This document shows, one piece after another, positions 9,960 through 20,382 of a stretch of 64,000 nucleotides of DNA. A program made the position numbers and the translations under genes. This DNA comes from Bacteroidales bacterium (GTDB lineage: Bacteria > Bacteroidota > Bacteroidia > Bacteroidales > ML635J-15). The stretch lies in the NCBI GenBank assembly GCA_017994175.1, contig JAGOLH010000001.1, positions 58,394 through 122,393 on the forward strand, in the 5' to 3' direction. How positions within the stretch are numbered: position 1 is the stretch's first letter; each line of letters starts with the position of its first letter. Under the pieces are notes generated by a model. That model worked only from the letters and a program-made list of their open reading frames with translations. It searched no databases and was not told the DNA's origin.

Positions 9960-10360
9960 AAAATTTAAAACTGGCACTTATTTTATTTGTTTCTCTGTCA
10001 TTAATAAATTGTACGGGGTCAGCAAAGCAGGAAGACTCCGATAATGTGGTCGTGCTGCAAAGTGAATCAGATTTCGACAAAATAATTTCAGGTTCAACAA
10101 CAGTAATCGTTGACTTCTATGCTGACTGGTGCAGACCCTGTAAAATGCAAGGCCCGATTTTGCAGGAAATTGCTTCTGAAATGAACGGGAAAATTATTGT
10201 GCTTAAAGTTAATGTAGATAAGTTTCCGGACATTGCACGGCGTTATCAGGTTACAGGTATTCCATCGCTTATTATGTTTAATAAGGGAGAACACGTATGG
10301 GATGCCGTTGGACTGCAGGAAAAGGAAACGATAATCAGCGCCTATAAATTGAATACCTAA
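9956..10360 (+). CDS. Thioredoxin with lipoprotein signal
   Basis: DFYADWCRPCKM active site; N-terminal hydrophobic stretch ending LINC; ATG at 9956 overlaps the upstream TGA. Confidence 0.9.
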   Translation: MKNLKLALILFVSLSLINCTGSAKQEDSDNVVVLQSESDFDKIISGSTTVIVDFYADWCRPCKMQGPILQEIASEMNGKIIVLKVNVDKFPDIARRYQVTGIPSLIMFNKGEHVWDAVGLQEKETIISAYKLNT

Positions 10361-10511
10361 AAACCGAAGGTGATATACATTTAAAACCTTGCATTAATAA
10401 TGCGAATTTATTAATGTTATATCTATAGCAACATATAACTTTTTAACCAAATTATATTTCAACTATTCAGTATTTTTATAACTTTACGAGTTAATTAACT
10501 GTTGAGTTGGG

Positions 10512-11900
10512 ATGAGAATAGCTTTGTTGATATTTTTTTGCTTAGCATCGTTGTTGACTTTTTCTCAAAACTCCTTATTACCGGAAGATGTAAGCACTAT
10601 AAAAACAGGATTCGATAATTCGAAACCTGCCGACAGGGCGTTGCTGAATGCGGTAAGCGGCAACAGTATTATTAAGCTCGCTACTGTACGAAGTATTACC
10701 GGTAAAGAGCAGCATCAGTTTTCGGATAAAGTGGTTGTTAAAGGGATTACCGACCAGAAAAGCAGCGGAAGGTGTTGGATGTTTACAGGTTTGAACACAT
10801 TGCGCCCGCAAATAATTGAAGCCCATTCCCTTCAGAATTTCGAGTTTTCCACCAACTATCTTTTCTTTTGGGACCAACTCGAAAAAGCAAATATGTTTCT
10901 GGAAGGCATAATTGCAACAGCAGGACTCCCCCTGAACGACCGCAAGGTTGAGTGGCTATTAAAAGAACCTATTGGCGATGGAGGAGTTTGGAATTCATGG
11001 GCTAACCTGATTGTTAAATATGGAGTGGTACCAAAACACGTTATGCCTGAAACCTACCATTCAGAAAACACAGCCCAGTTAAATCAGTTTTTAAAACGTA
11101 AGCTGCGTGAGCAGGCATTGATGCTGCGTGATGAATGCAATTCTGGGAATAGTGAAGAACAGCTGCATGCACTCAAACTGGAAATGCTTAAAGAAATATA
11201 TCGCATCTTAGTGCTATGTCTGGGAGAGCCTCCTGAAAAATTTGAATACGGGTTCCCCGATAAAAACGGGAAAGTTAAAGAAATGGTTGAATATACTCCG
11301 TTGTCGTTTTTCCAGAAAAATTTTAAAGAATTTGATTTAACCAATTTTGTGATGCTCATGAATGACCCTACACGTGAGTTTTACAAGCTATACGAAATTG
11401 AATCAGACAAAAATGTGGTAGAAGGTATTTCGTGGAGATATATAAATCTTCCTGCTGACGAAATAAAGAAGTTTGCCATATTAAGTATAAAAGATAATAC
11501 ACCCATGTATGCTTCATGTGATGTGGGTAAATTCAGGAATAACGATGACGGCACCCTTGATCTTAATAATTATGATTTTGAATCTTTGCTTGGAGTACCG
11601 TTTAGTATGAGCAAAAAGGAAAGAATTGAAAGCTATGATAGTGGATCGAGCCACGCAATGCTTCTTATAGCTGTTGATATTAATAGGGATGGCAATCCGA
11701 TAAAATGGCAGTTCGAAAACAGCTGGGGAGCATCTTCTGGCTATAATGGATACCTTAGCTTTACGGATGCATGGTTTTCGGAGTATCTTTTCAGGCTGGT
11801 TGTCAATAAAAAATATGTCGGTAATGATGTGCTTGAAGTGCTTAAGCAAGAACCCATTATTCTTCCACCATGGGATCCGATGTTTTCTCAAGACGAATAA
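10512..11900 (+). CDS. pepC: Aminopeptidase C / bleomycin hydrolase (C1B cysteine peptidase), exported
   Basis: QKSSGRCW catalytic Cys, SSHAM His, ENSWG Asn; signal peptide. Confidence 0.9.
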   Translation: MRIALLIFFCLASLLTFSQNSLLPEDVSTIKTGFDNSKPADRALLNAVSGNSIIKLATVRSITGKEQHQFSDKVVVKGITDQKSSGRCWMFTGLNTLRPQIIEAHSLQNFEFSTNYLFFWDQLEKANMFLEGIIATAGLPLNDRKVEWLLKEPIGDGGVWNSWANLIVKYGVVPKHVMPETYHSENTAQLNQFLKRKLREQALMLRDECNSGNSEEQLHALKLEMLKEIYRILVLCLGEPPEKFEYGFPDKNGKVKEMVEYTPLSFFQKNFKEFDLTNFVMLMNDPTREFYKLYEIESDKNVVEGISWRYINLPADEIKKFAILSIKDNTPMYASCDVGKFRNNDDGTLDLNNYDFESLLGVPFSMSKKERIESYDSGSSHAMLLIAVDINRDGNPIKWQFENSWGASSGYNGYLSFTDAWFSEYLFRLVVNKKYVGNDVLEVLKQEPIILPPWDPMFSQDE

Positions 11901-11906
11901 AAAAAT

Positions 11907-13790
11907 ATGTGCGGAATAACAGGTATATATGCATTTAATAAAAGTGGAACCGATAAATTCAGGTTTGTTGATGCTGCTGTTAAAACCCTTAGCAAAAGGG
12001 GTCCTGACGGATATGGGACATATCAGGGTAATAATGTCCGTCTTGGTCATACGCGGCTTTCAATAATCGACACATCCGATGCAGGTTCTCAACCTTTTAC
12101 CGACCCGACTGGGAGATATACCCTTATTTACAACGGTGAATTTTATAATTATAAAGAATTCCGCCACCAATACGAAAAAGAGGGAATTCATTTCCGAAGT
12201 ACATCCGACACAGAAGTCCTGCTTTATCTCCTTATTAAGGAAGGAAAAGAAGGACTTAAAAAACTTAACGGATGCTTTTCGATTGCATTTTACGACAACG
12301 ATAAAGAAGAACTCCTGCTTGCACGCGATAGAATGGGAATCAACCCGTTACTGTATTATCTCGACAAAAATGTATTGATTTTTGGCTCTGAAATGAAATC
12401 GATTCTTGCGTATAATATAGAAAAGAACATTGACTCATCATCGTTATATGCCTACTTCCAGCTTAATTATATTCCGGGGGAAAAAAGTATCTTTCAAAAT
12501 GTGTTTCGCTTAACTCCCGGGGCATATCTTGAGGTCAGTAAAAACAGCGTGAATAAAGAAAGATTCTACCAGATTCCCAATTCAGGGAAGCTTGATATTA
12601 GCTTAAATGAAGCAGAAAGTCATCTGATTTCCTTGCTCGATGCATCGGTACAGCGCCGATTAGTTGCAGACGTTCCTCTCGGGTCGTTCCTCAGCGGAGG
12701 CATTGATTCATCGATAATTGTAGCATTGGCAAGCCGGCATACATCGCACCTGAACACATTCTCGATAGGTTACAGCGATGAACCATTCTTTGACGAAACA
12801 AATTATGCAGAACTTGTAGCTAAAAAATTCAACACAAACCATACGGTTTTCAAGCTTTCGAACGATGATTTGCTACATCAGTTACCGGAAGTACTCGATT
12901 ATCTTGACGAACCCTTTGCCGACAGTTCAGCCATTGCGGTGCATGTTTTAAGCATGCATACGCGCAAAACAGCAACTGTTGCATTATCGGGTGATGGTGC
13001 CGACGAAATGTTTGCAGGCTACAACAAACACCTGGCGCATTTTAAGCTAATACACCCCTCGGCAAAAGAGCATCTTGCATTGTACTTTTCATGGCTTTGG
13101 AGCAACCTGCCTCAGTCGAGAAACACAAAATACAGCAACTTATTCCGACAACTCGACAAATTTTGCCAGGGAGCTAAATTGACAGCAAAGGAAAGATATT
13201 GGAATTGGGCCGGCATTACACAGGAAAATCAGATTCATTTTTTATTGAAGGATACTTTCCTAAATAAAACTGGAGGTAAAGCAAGAAAAGAAGAAATGCT
13301 TCAGTATTTTGAAGGTAAAAGCGAAATGCGTGAGATATTGTATACGGATATGCATATGGTACTGCAAAACGATATGCTTACCAAAGTTGATTTAATGTCG
13401 ATGGCAAATAGCCTTGAGGTTAGGGTACCCTTCCTCGACCACACTGTCGTTGACTTTGCATTTCAACTACCTGATGCTTATAAAATTAACTTATCTCATA
13501 AAAAAATAATTTTACAGGAAGCTTTCAGAAGCATGCTGCCGGCAGAGCTTTATCACCGACCGAAACATGGTTTTGAGGTTCCGCTTCTGAAATGGTTCCG
13601 CAATGAACTTTGGAGTATGATTGACAACGACTTGTTATCGGAGAGGTTTGTAACTGAGCAAAATGTATTCAAGTACGAAGCAATCGAAAAACTTAAAGAT
13701 AAGCTTACAAGTAATAATCCGGGTGATTCGCAGGCTCAGATTTGGGCTCTGCTTGTATTCCAGAACTGGTGGAAAAAATATTATGTTTAA
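11907..13790 (+). CDS. asnB: Asparagine synthase (glutamine-hydrolysing) family amidotransferase
   Basis: MCGITG, RGPDG, HTRLSIID, LSGGIDSS, LSGDGADEMFAGY, SLEVRVPFLD. Confidence 0.93.
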   Translation: MCGITGIYAFNKSGTDKFRFVDAAVKTLSKRGPDGYGTYQGNNVRLGHTRLSIIDTSDAGSQPFTDPTGRYTLIYNGEFYNYKEFRHQYEKEGIHFRSTSDTEVLLYLLIKEGKEGLKKLNGCFSIAFYDNDKEELLLARDRMGINPLLYYLDKNVLIFGSEMKSILAYNIEKNIDSSSLYAYFQLNYIPGEKSIFQNVFRLTPGAYLEVSKNSVNKERFYQIPNSGKLDISLNEAESHLISLLDASVQRRLVADVPLGSFLSGGIDSSIIVALASRHTSHLNTFSIGYSDEPFFDETNYAELVAKKFNTNHTVFKLSNDDLLHQLPEVLDYLDEPFADSSAIAVHVLSMHTRKTATVALSGDGADEMFAGYNKHLAHFKLIHPSAKEHLALYFSWLWSNLPQSRNTKYSNLFRQLDKFCQGAKLTAKERYWNWAGITQENQIHFLLKDTFLNKTGGKARKEEMLQYFEGKSEMREILYTDMHMVLQNDMLTKVDLMSMANSLEVRVPFLDHTVVDFAFQLPDAYKINLSHKKIILQEAFRSMLPAELYHRPKHGFEVPLLKWFRNELWSMIDNDLLSERFVTEQNVFKYEAIEKLKDKLTSNNPGDSQAQIWALLVFQNWWKKYYV

Positions 13791-13793
13791 ATT

Positions 13794-14978
13794 ATGACAA
13801 AAGTTCTACGTATTATTAACAGATTTAATCTTGGCGGGCCAACATACAACGTTGCATATCTCAGCAAATATATGGAGCCTGAATTTGAGACCCTGCTTGT
13901 GGGAGGTGCCATTGATGAAAGTGAGGCAAGTTCCGATTATATAATAAAAAAACTTGGACTTAACCCGGTGGTAATCCCTGAAATGAAGCGAGAAATCAAC
14001 GGGAAACTTGATTTAATTGCTTATCGAAAGATAAAAAAACTTATCAAAGAATTTAAACCAGACATTGTTCATACCCATGCTTCAAAAGCCGGATTTCTGG
14101 GCAGGTATGCTGCAATTAATTGCAATGTACCTATTATAATTCACACATTTCACGGGCATATATTTCATTCGTATTTTAACCGCTATAAGACAATGATTTT
14201 CAAAGGCCTTGAGCGGAATTTAGCCAGAAAAACCTCAGCAATCATTGCGATAAGCAATCTTCAGCTCCAGGAACTTTGTTACGAACACCGCATTGCCCCT
14301 TACGATAAATTCAGAGTAATTCCTCTGGGATTCGACCTGGAAAGATTTCAGGATTCCTACAGTCTTAAGCGGGAATCATTCAGAAAAGAATATAATCTCG
14401 ATGATGATGAGGTTGCCGTTTCAATTATAGGGCGCCTGGTTCCTGTAAAAAACCACCCATTGTTTATAAATGCTCTGGCCAAAGCAAAGAAAAATTCTGC
14501 TATAAAACTTCGCGCTTTTATTGTGGGGGATGGCAATCTTATCGGCGATTTACAAGGTCTTGCAAATCAATTGGGACTTAGTTGCACAACCATTGAAAAC
14601 AAAAAACAAAAAGCAGATATTACTTTTACTTCGTGGATCAAAGATGCAGACTATGTTTTTGCAGGCTCCGACATTGTTGCTTTAACTTCTTACAATGAAG
14701 GGACACCGGTATCACTCATCGAAGCCCAGGCAACCAACAAACCTATTGTCAGTACAAAAGTTGGAGGCATCGAAGATGTGGTTATAAGCGGTACAACTGC
14801 ATTGCTCAGCGAAAACGACAATCTGGATGCTTTTGCCGATAATCTTACTTTACTTGTCAACAACAAGGAACTTAGGGAAGATATGTCGCGTGCTGGCTAT
14901 GAGTTTGTAAAAAACAAATTTCATTACACTCGGCTTGTAGCTGATATGAAAGACTTGTATAATCAATTACTCAAATAG
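13794..14978 (+). CDS. Glycosyltransferase family 4
   Basis: HTHASKAG, EGTPVSLIEAQA, TKVGGIED. Confidence 0.9.
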   Translation: MTKVLRIINRFNLGGPTYNVAYLSKYMEPEFETLLVGGAIDESEASSDYIIKKLGLNPVVIPEMKREINGKLDLIAYRKIKKLIKEFKPDIVHTHASKAGFLGRYAAINCNVPIIIHTFHGHIFHSYFNRYKTMIFKGLERNLARKTSAIIAISNLQLQELCYEHRIAPYDKFRVIPLGFDLERFQDSYSLKRESFRKEYNLDDDEVAVSIIGRLVPVKNHPLFINALAKAKKNSAIKLRAFIVGDGNLIGDLQGLANQLGLSCTTIENKKQKADITFTSWIKDADYVFAGSDIVALTSYNEGTPVSLIEAQATNKPIVSTKVGGIEDVVISGTTALLSENDNLDAFADNLTLLVNNKELREDMSRAGYEFVKNKFHYTRLVADMKDLYNQLLK

Positions 14979-15036
14979 CTTGGTTGTATTTTACAATTAT
15001 TTTTTTAATTTTGAAAAATATTCAAATCATTGCAAA

Positions 15037-15813
15037 ATGCAATTACGATTGATCAGCATATTCTTTACTGCAGCAGTCCTGATGTCGTTAAGTTCCTGCA
15101 AAATATTGCGGCCAACAGAGATGTTCAAGGAAAACAAAGACTACCCCATATCGGAATTCAAGCCATCTGAAAAAGAGTATCGAATCAAACCTTTTGATAT
15201 TTTATCGATTAGAATTACCACCAACGATGGGTATTCACTTATTGGAGTGGGCGGAGGAACGCAAGCAGGAACCCAAAGTGATTACAGAATGCTTCAAAGT
15301 GGATTGGAGTACCTTGTTGAATACGATGGACTGGTAAAGCTACCGACACTGGGTAGAACCAATATGGCCGGGTTCACGATCAGGGAAGCTGAACAGGAAC
15401 TCGAAACCATGTATTCTGAATATTATCAGAATCCATTTGTTTTAATTGATGTTACCAACCGAAAAGTATTTGTTTTTTACGACGGTGGCACCCGGGCTCA
15501 TACGATAACCATTCCAAAGGAAAATATTACCTTGGTTGAAGCGATAAGTCGACTGGGAGGACTGACTGATATAAGCAGAGCCTATAGAATAAAACTTATC
15601 AGAGGCGATATCACTAACAACCCGGAAGTGTACTACTGGAACCTTTCCACTTTAGACGAACTTAAGGAAACAAACCTTCTTCTTCAGGCAAATGATGTAA
15701 TATACATTGATAGCAAACCACAATATGTTACCAAAATCCTGAAAGAAATCGCCCCTTATCTTACATTAGCCACCACAGCACTTTCGGTTTACGGTATTTT
15801 CTTTAAAAAGTAA
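15037..15813 (+). CDS. wza: Polysaccharide export lipoprotein (Wza/Poly_export)
   Basis: Lipobox LSSC; YRIKPFDILSI, DGLVKLPTLG, LQANDVIYI; ATG at 15037. Confidence 0.88.
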   Translation: MQLRLISIFFTAAVLMSLSSCKILRPTEMFKENKDYPISEFKPSEKEYRIKPFDILSIRITTNDGYSLIGVGGGTQAGTQSDYRMLQSGLEYLVEYDGLVKLPTLGRTNMAGFTIREAEQELETMYSEYYQNPFVLIDVTNRKVFVFYDGGTRAHTITIPKENITLVEAISRLGGLTDISRAYRIKLIRGDITNNPEVYYWNLSTLDELKETNLLLQANDVIYIDSKPQYVTKILKEIAPYLTLATTALSVYGIFFKK

Positions 15814-15821
15814 TTACAGCA

Positions 15822-18299
15822 ATGAAGAGAGCAAAAATTCCTGTATTTAACCAAAGCTTCGATGTAAGAGTATTCATCAGAATTTTCTTCATGAGCCTGT
15901 GGTTGGTTGTTCTCATCCTGATTGCATCAGTTCTTGCTGGCTTTCTTTATTACAGGTACACTCTACCGATATATGAAACACGGTCAATCATTCAGGTCAA
16001 GGAAGAAAACAAAACCAATCAGTTCTTAAAGCTTGACAACGAGGTATCGCAAAGCGATCTTACATCGGTAACAGAGCTTATTCAATCAAAGACGTTTTTA
16101 AGGGAATGCTTCACGGAGTTGCCACTGGATATTAGTTATTTTAAAAAGGGAACGTTTATCTCAAGTGAGATATATAAGCAGTCTCCTTTCACCGTATATG
16201 TCAACATTAATAACCCTGTTATTTACAACACGAGAATCAATATCAATTTTATTAAGGATAAATATCAGCTGCGTTATAAAATAGGAAACGAAGACTATGA
16301 ATATATTCTGTCACCTGAAGACTGGCACCCTATTTTTGGCGGCGAAATATTCATTCACTACGATTCGCCAAAAACTATCAGGATTGAACAAGAATCAGAC
16401 GCTAAATCGAAATACTTTTTTGTAATTAACAATCCGGGCACTTTTTTGCAAAAAATATCTGCCAACCTTATTGTCAGGGTTCAGAATGATGCCGCCAGAA
16501 CTATACTGATTATGTATAGTGATAACAATGCACTTAAAGCTGCTGAAATTACCAATACTATTGCAGAAAAGTTTCTTGAATACGATTTAAGCCGGAAAAA
16601 AGAAAGTGCAACAAATGTGATAAAATACATCGACCAGCAGTTAGAAACTATTTATAAAGAGCTTGATCAAACCGAAAAAGACCTGAGTGATTTTAAACGG
16701 GAAAACAAAATCCCCCCCGGGCTGGATCAATATGGCACCAATAAAGTTACCATGTACACATCGAAAGTCTCGGAACTGGAAGACCTTCAAATTGACATTG
16801 AACTTGAAATTGCAACCCTTGAAAAAGTAAAAAAAGACATATCCAATAATCCGAAACTTAACATTTATGAGTTGATGGCCTTGGTTACTGGCTCAAACTC
16901 TGAAAGATTTTTAACATCCCTGTTAAGCACCCTGCAATCGTTGATTGAAGAGAAAGAAGAACTGATGTTCGATATCACCGGGAATAATTTCAGAATTAAA
17001 AAAATTGACGAGCAGATTGAGTCGAAAAAACAAATAATTATTGATTTCATAAATAGTGCAATCCTTAGGCTCGAACAACAGAAGATTCAATATCAGGCTT
17101 CGATCAGCGAACTTGAATCGGGCATGTTCTCAGATACATCGTACAAGGAAATTGAATTTACAAAACTCAACCGATTGTATGGCATCAACGAAAGCTTTTA
17201 CTATGAAATGATCCGCACTAAGGCTGAATACATGATATCTCAGGCAGGACTTGTTTCGAACAATATCATTCTCGAAAAAGCATCGGTTCCCAGAACTCAA
17301 AAGTCGCCCATTCTTACCACCATTATGCTTCTTTCGATACTGATCGGCTTGTTCGTTATTATAGCCATACTTTTGGTAAGATATCTGCTATACAATAAAA
17401 TTACCACTGTCGACGACATTAATAGTTTTAGCGATATTCCTGTTATCGGTGGTGTTCCGGTTCATAAATCAAAATCCGATGTATCGCAGCTAATTATTCA
17501 CAACCATCCTAAATCGATGCTTGCAGAAGCTTTCCGCAATATACGGGCAAGCCTGGAATTCATGAGTACAACGAAAAATAGCAAGATAATTACTATTTCA
17601 TCGACAATTTCCGGTGAGGGTAAAACATTTGTTGCTATAAATCTGGGTGCAATAATTGCCATGGCTGGATATAAAGTAGTTTTGTGTGATTTTGACCTTA
17701 GAAAGCCACGATTCCACAAGAGCTTTGAGACTGATAACCTAAAGGGTATAAGTACTATATTGATTGAACGACATACTTTTCAGGAATGTATTCATACTAC
17801 TGAGATTGATAATCTTCACTTCATCACTTCGGGCCCTGTACCACCAAATCCGGGTGAAATTATTCTTAATCCAAGTTATAAAAAGCTATTCGAAGACCTG
17901 AAGAACGAATACGATTTTGTAATTATCGACACCCCTCCTATTGGGATTGTTACCGATGCAATGACATCGTACCAGATGGCCGATTTTCCGATTTACATAA
18001 CGAGATCTGCAGTTTCTCCAAAAGCTTTCATCGAACATATCAATGAATTTGCTGAATCGTCGAAGTTAAAGAACCTGAGCATAATTCTGAACGGAATTCA
18101 AGGTGGCGATAGTAAATACGGATACGGTTATAAATACGGGTACGGATACCGTTATGGGTATAACCGCTATGGTTATGGATATGGTTACGGATATACCGAT
18201 TACGTGAAACAAAACAATTACTATTCGAAAGATGACGAACCTAAGGTTTCGCTGCTGAAAATACTGATTCAATTAATACGTTTTAAGAAAACCTTGTAA
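15822..18299 (+). CDS. wzc: Polysaccharide co-polymerase / BY tyrosine kinase (Wzc)
   Basis: Two TM segments around a periplasmic coiled region; Walker A GEGKT, DFDLRKP, IIDTPP; C-terminal Tyr cluster. Confidence 0.92.
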   Translation: MKRAKIPVFNQSFDVRVFIRIFFMSLWLVVLILIASVLAGFLYYRYTLPIYETRSIIQVKEENKTNQFLKLDNEVSQSDLTSVTELIQSKTFLRECFTELPLDISYFKKGTFISSEIYKQSPFTVYVNINNPVIYNTRININFIKDKYQLRYKIGNEDYEYILSPEDWHPIFGGEIFIHYDSPKTIRIEQESDAKSKYFFVINNPGTFLQKISANLIVRVQNDAARTILIMYSDNNALKAAEITNTIAEKFLEYDLSRKKESATNVIKYIDQQLETIYKELDQTEKDLSDFKRENKIPPGLDQYGTNKVTMYTSKVSELEDLQIDIELEIATLEKVKKDISNNPKLNIYELMALVTGSNSERFLTSLLSTLQSLIEEKEELMFDITGNNFRIKKIDEQIESKKQIIIDFINSAILRLEQQKIQYQASISELESGMFSDTSYKEIEFTKLNRLYGINESFYYEMIRTKAEYMISQAGLVSNNIILEKASVPRTQKSPILTTIMLLSILIGLFVIIAILLVRYLLYNKITTVDDINSFSDIPVIGGVPVHKSKSDVSQLIIHNHPKSMLAEAFRNIRASLEFMSTTKNSKIITISSTISGEGKTFVAINLGAIIAMAGYKVVLCDFDLRKPRFHKSFETDNLKGISTILIERHTFQECIHTTEIDNLHFITSGPVPPNPGEIILNPSYKKLFEDLKNEYDFVIIDTPPIGIVTDAMTSYQMADFPIYITRSAVSPKAFIEHINEFAESSKLKNLSIILNGIQGGDSKYGYGYKYGYGYRYGYNRYGYGYGYGYTDYVKQNNYYSKDDEPKVSLLKILIQLIRFKKTL
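18117..18224 (+). repeat. (Tyr-Gly)n coding repeat of the Wzc tyrosine cluster
   Basis: TAyGGn hexamer periodicity; YGYGYKYGYGYRYGYNRYGYGYGYGYTDY...YY, 16 Tyr in 36 residues. Confidence 0.9.
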
Positions 18300-18304
18300 G
18301 GGAT

Positions 18305-19372
18305 ATGGCTAGTAATTACTTTTTTTTTATTGTTCTGATAATTTCAATAATTGCAGGCTTGTTCCTCAATAGGTTTTTTCTTCACCGAAAACCCAAGTTT
18401 CTTGTAAAAAAGGCAAATAACTCTGCCATTCGTTGGAGCAGCCAATCGAAACCGATTTTTGGAGGCATTACATTTTATTGCTTGTTTGTGTTGGGTATGA
18501 TAGCCTTCCTCTTTGTTTATGGCGTTGAAGCTGCTGCAACAAAAGAATATCTAAGCCTTTTTATTGCAGTAACAATTTCATTTTTCATGGGGTTTGCCGA
18601 CGATATAATTAATACGAATCCTCTTTTCAAATTTATTGTACAATTGCTGGTAGGGGTAATTTTTATTTTTAGTGATATTTATATTAAAATATCACCCATC
18701 GATGCAATTAATTACACTATAACCATATTGTGGGTTGTTGGCATTATGAATTCTATCAACATGCTCGACAATATGGATGCCATCACTACAATGACTTCAT
18801 TCAGTATAGTTGGCAGTAGCGTTTTGTATGCTCTATTTAGTAATGCCTCTTTGTCAGGGCTTCAGGTATTTATATCCGTTGTTCTTTCTGGGGCATTAAT
18901 AAGCTTTGTTTATTTTAACTGGCATCCTTCCAAAATGTATATGGGCGATAATGGGAGTCAAATACTGGGCGTATTTCTTGCATTTATTGGCATTACGGTT
19001 TTCTGGAATGGTGTTGATGTGGAAGAGTATTCGTATGCTTACAATTCTAAACAGGTTATTGCCGTAGCACTCGCATTTATTGTTCCTTTAACCGATACTA
19101 CAACGGTTACCATAAATCGTCTATTGAGAAAAAAGTCACCATTCGTGGGAGGACGCGATCATACAACCCACCATTTATCGTATCTCGGCATAAGCGAAAG
19201 AGGGATTGCGTTAATATTGTTTTCATTGAATTGCATAGGATTACTCATGGCTTATTACGCTCTGAATGTCGAAATATGGTCTAATAAGCAGTTTTGGATA
19301 TTGTCCATATATCCAATTGGTGTATTTATTACTTTATACAGTATTACCAAAATTTCAAAGCCAAAAAAGTAG
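18305..19372 (+). CDS. MraY/WecA-family undecaprenyl-phosphate sugar-1-phosphate transferase
   Basis: Polytopic; FADD, NSINMLDNMD, MYMGDNGS, DHTTHHL. Confidence 0.88.
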   Translation: MASNYFFFIVLIISIIAGLFLNRFFLHRKPKFLVKKANNSAIRWSSQSKPIFGGITFYCLFVLGMIAFLFVYGVEAAATKEYLSLFIAVTISFFMGFADDIINTNPLFKFIVQLLVGVIFIFSDIYIKISPIDAINYTITILWVVGIMNSINMLDNMDAITTMTSFSIVGSSVLYALFSNASLSGLQVFISVVLSGALISFVYFNWHPSKMYMGDNGSQILGVFLAFIGITVFWNGVDVEEYSYAYNSKQVIAVALAFIVPLTDTTTVTINRLLRKKSPFVGGRDHTTHHLSYLGISERGIALILFSLNCIGLLMAYYALNVEIWSNKQFWILSIYPIGVFITLYSITKISKPKK

Positions 19373-19374
19373 GT

Positions 19375-20334
19375 ATGCCAGTTAAAAAAAACATTATTAA
19401 AATTCCCATCCTGATTATTGCAGGTATACTGATAGGCATGATTATCAGCAACCTGTTCATCTTCAGTAGCAAAACCGAAGAGAAAACCCGTGATATTTTT
19501 AATTTCCAGGATAGTTTATTTCAATATTCTGTAATATCACCCGAAATACCCGATTCGGTTTTCTTTGCAGGTGAAAGAGTCCCCCTTGAGTATTTTGATG
19601 TTTATGAAAGCCTTGATATGGAGATGCTCATAAACACCTACCGGCATTCCTCCACCATTCTGTATATTAAAAGGGCTGAGCGATACTTCCCAATAATTGA
19701 AGAAATACTCAGGCAAAACGGCATTCCCGACGACTTCAAATATTTATGTGTTGCAGAAAGCGGATTGAGTAACGCAATCAGTCCATCTCAAGCGGTAGGT
19801 TTCTGGCAATTCCTGAAAGCAACGGCTCAGGAATATAAAATGGAGGTAAACAACAATGTTGATGAAAGGTATAATGTAATTGCTTCAACTCAGGCTGCCT
19901 GCAATTATTTAAAAGCCGCTTACCGCATTTTCAACAGTTGGTCACTGGCCGCGGTTTCCTACAACATGGGTATGGGCGGGCTGTCGCAGCGCATAAAGCA
20001 TCAGAAAGTAAACACATACTGGGATTTATATCTACATGAAGAGCCTGCCCGCTATGTATATCGTATTATCAGTTTAAAACTTATCATGGAAAATCCTGAG
20101 AGATACGGGTTTTATATGAAAGATACGGACAAATACTCTCCTATAAGTACTCGCGAGGTAATTGTTGACACATCGATAAATCGATTGCAGGAATTTGCTT
20201 TTTCGCAAGGAATTAATTATAAAATGCTGAAAGTTTTTAATCCATGGCTTCGCGACACCCTTTTGGTAAATCGGTCCGGAAAAAAATACACAATAGTGAT
20301 TCCGGAAAATGGCGCACGAATAATAGCCAGGTAA
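19375..20334 (+). CDS. Lytic murein transglycosylase (SLT, MltD-like)
   Basis: VAESGL catalytic Glu, AVGFWQF, VDERYN, AVSYNMG; N-terminal anchor; ATG at 19375. Confidence 0.88.
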   Translation: MPVKKNIIKIPILIIAGILIGMIISNLFIFSSKTEEKTRDIFNFQDSLFQYSVISPEIPDSVFFAGERVPLEYFDVYESLDMEMLINTYRHSSTILYIKRAERYFPIIEEILRQNGIPDDFKYLCVAESGLSNAISPSQAVGFWQFLKATAQEYKMEVNNNVDERYNVIASTQAACNYLKAAYRIFNSWSLAAVSYNMGMGGLSQRIKHQKVNTYWDLYLHEEPARYVYRIISLKLIMENPERYGFYMKDTDKYSPISTREVIVDTSINRLQEFAFSQGINYKMLKVFNPWLRDTLLVNRSGKKYTIVIPENGARIIAR

Positions 20335-20382
20335 ATTATTAAAGGGGTAACAGTTTTTAAATCAAACGATTGCAAGAAGGGT

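Noticed and set aside
10392-10416. 9-bp inverted repeat CATTAATAA/TTATTAATG between thioredoxin and pepC
   Set aside because: Almost all A/T in an AT-rich spacer; could be chance or a weak terminator/operator; insufficient support
11514-12050. 178-aa minus-strand ORF, and the many other 60-150 aa ORFs nested in annotated genes
   Set aside because: Fully overlap well-supported genes on the other strand or frame; no motifs
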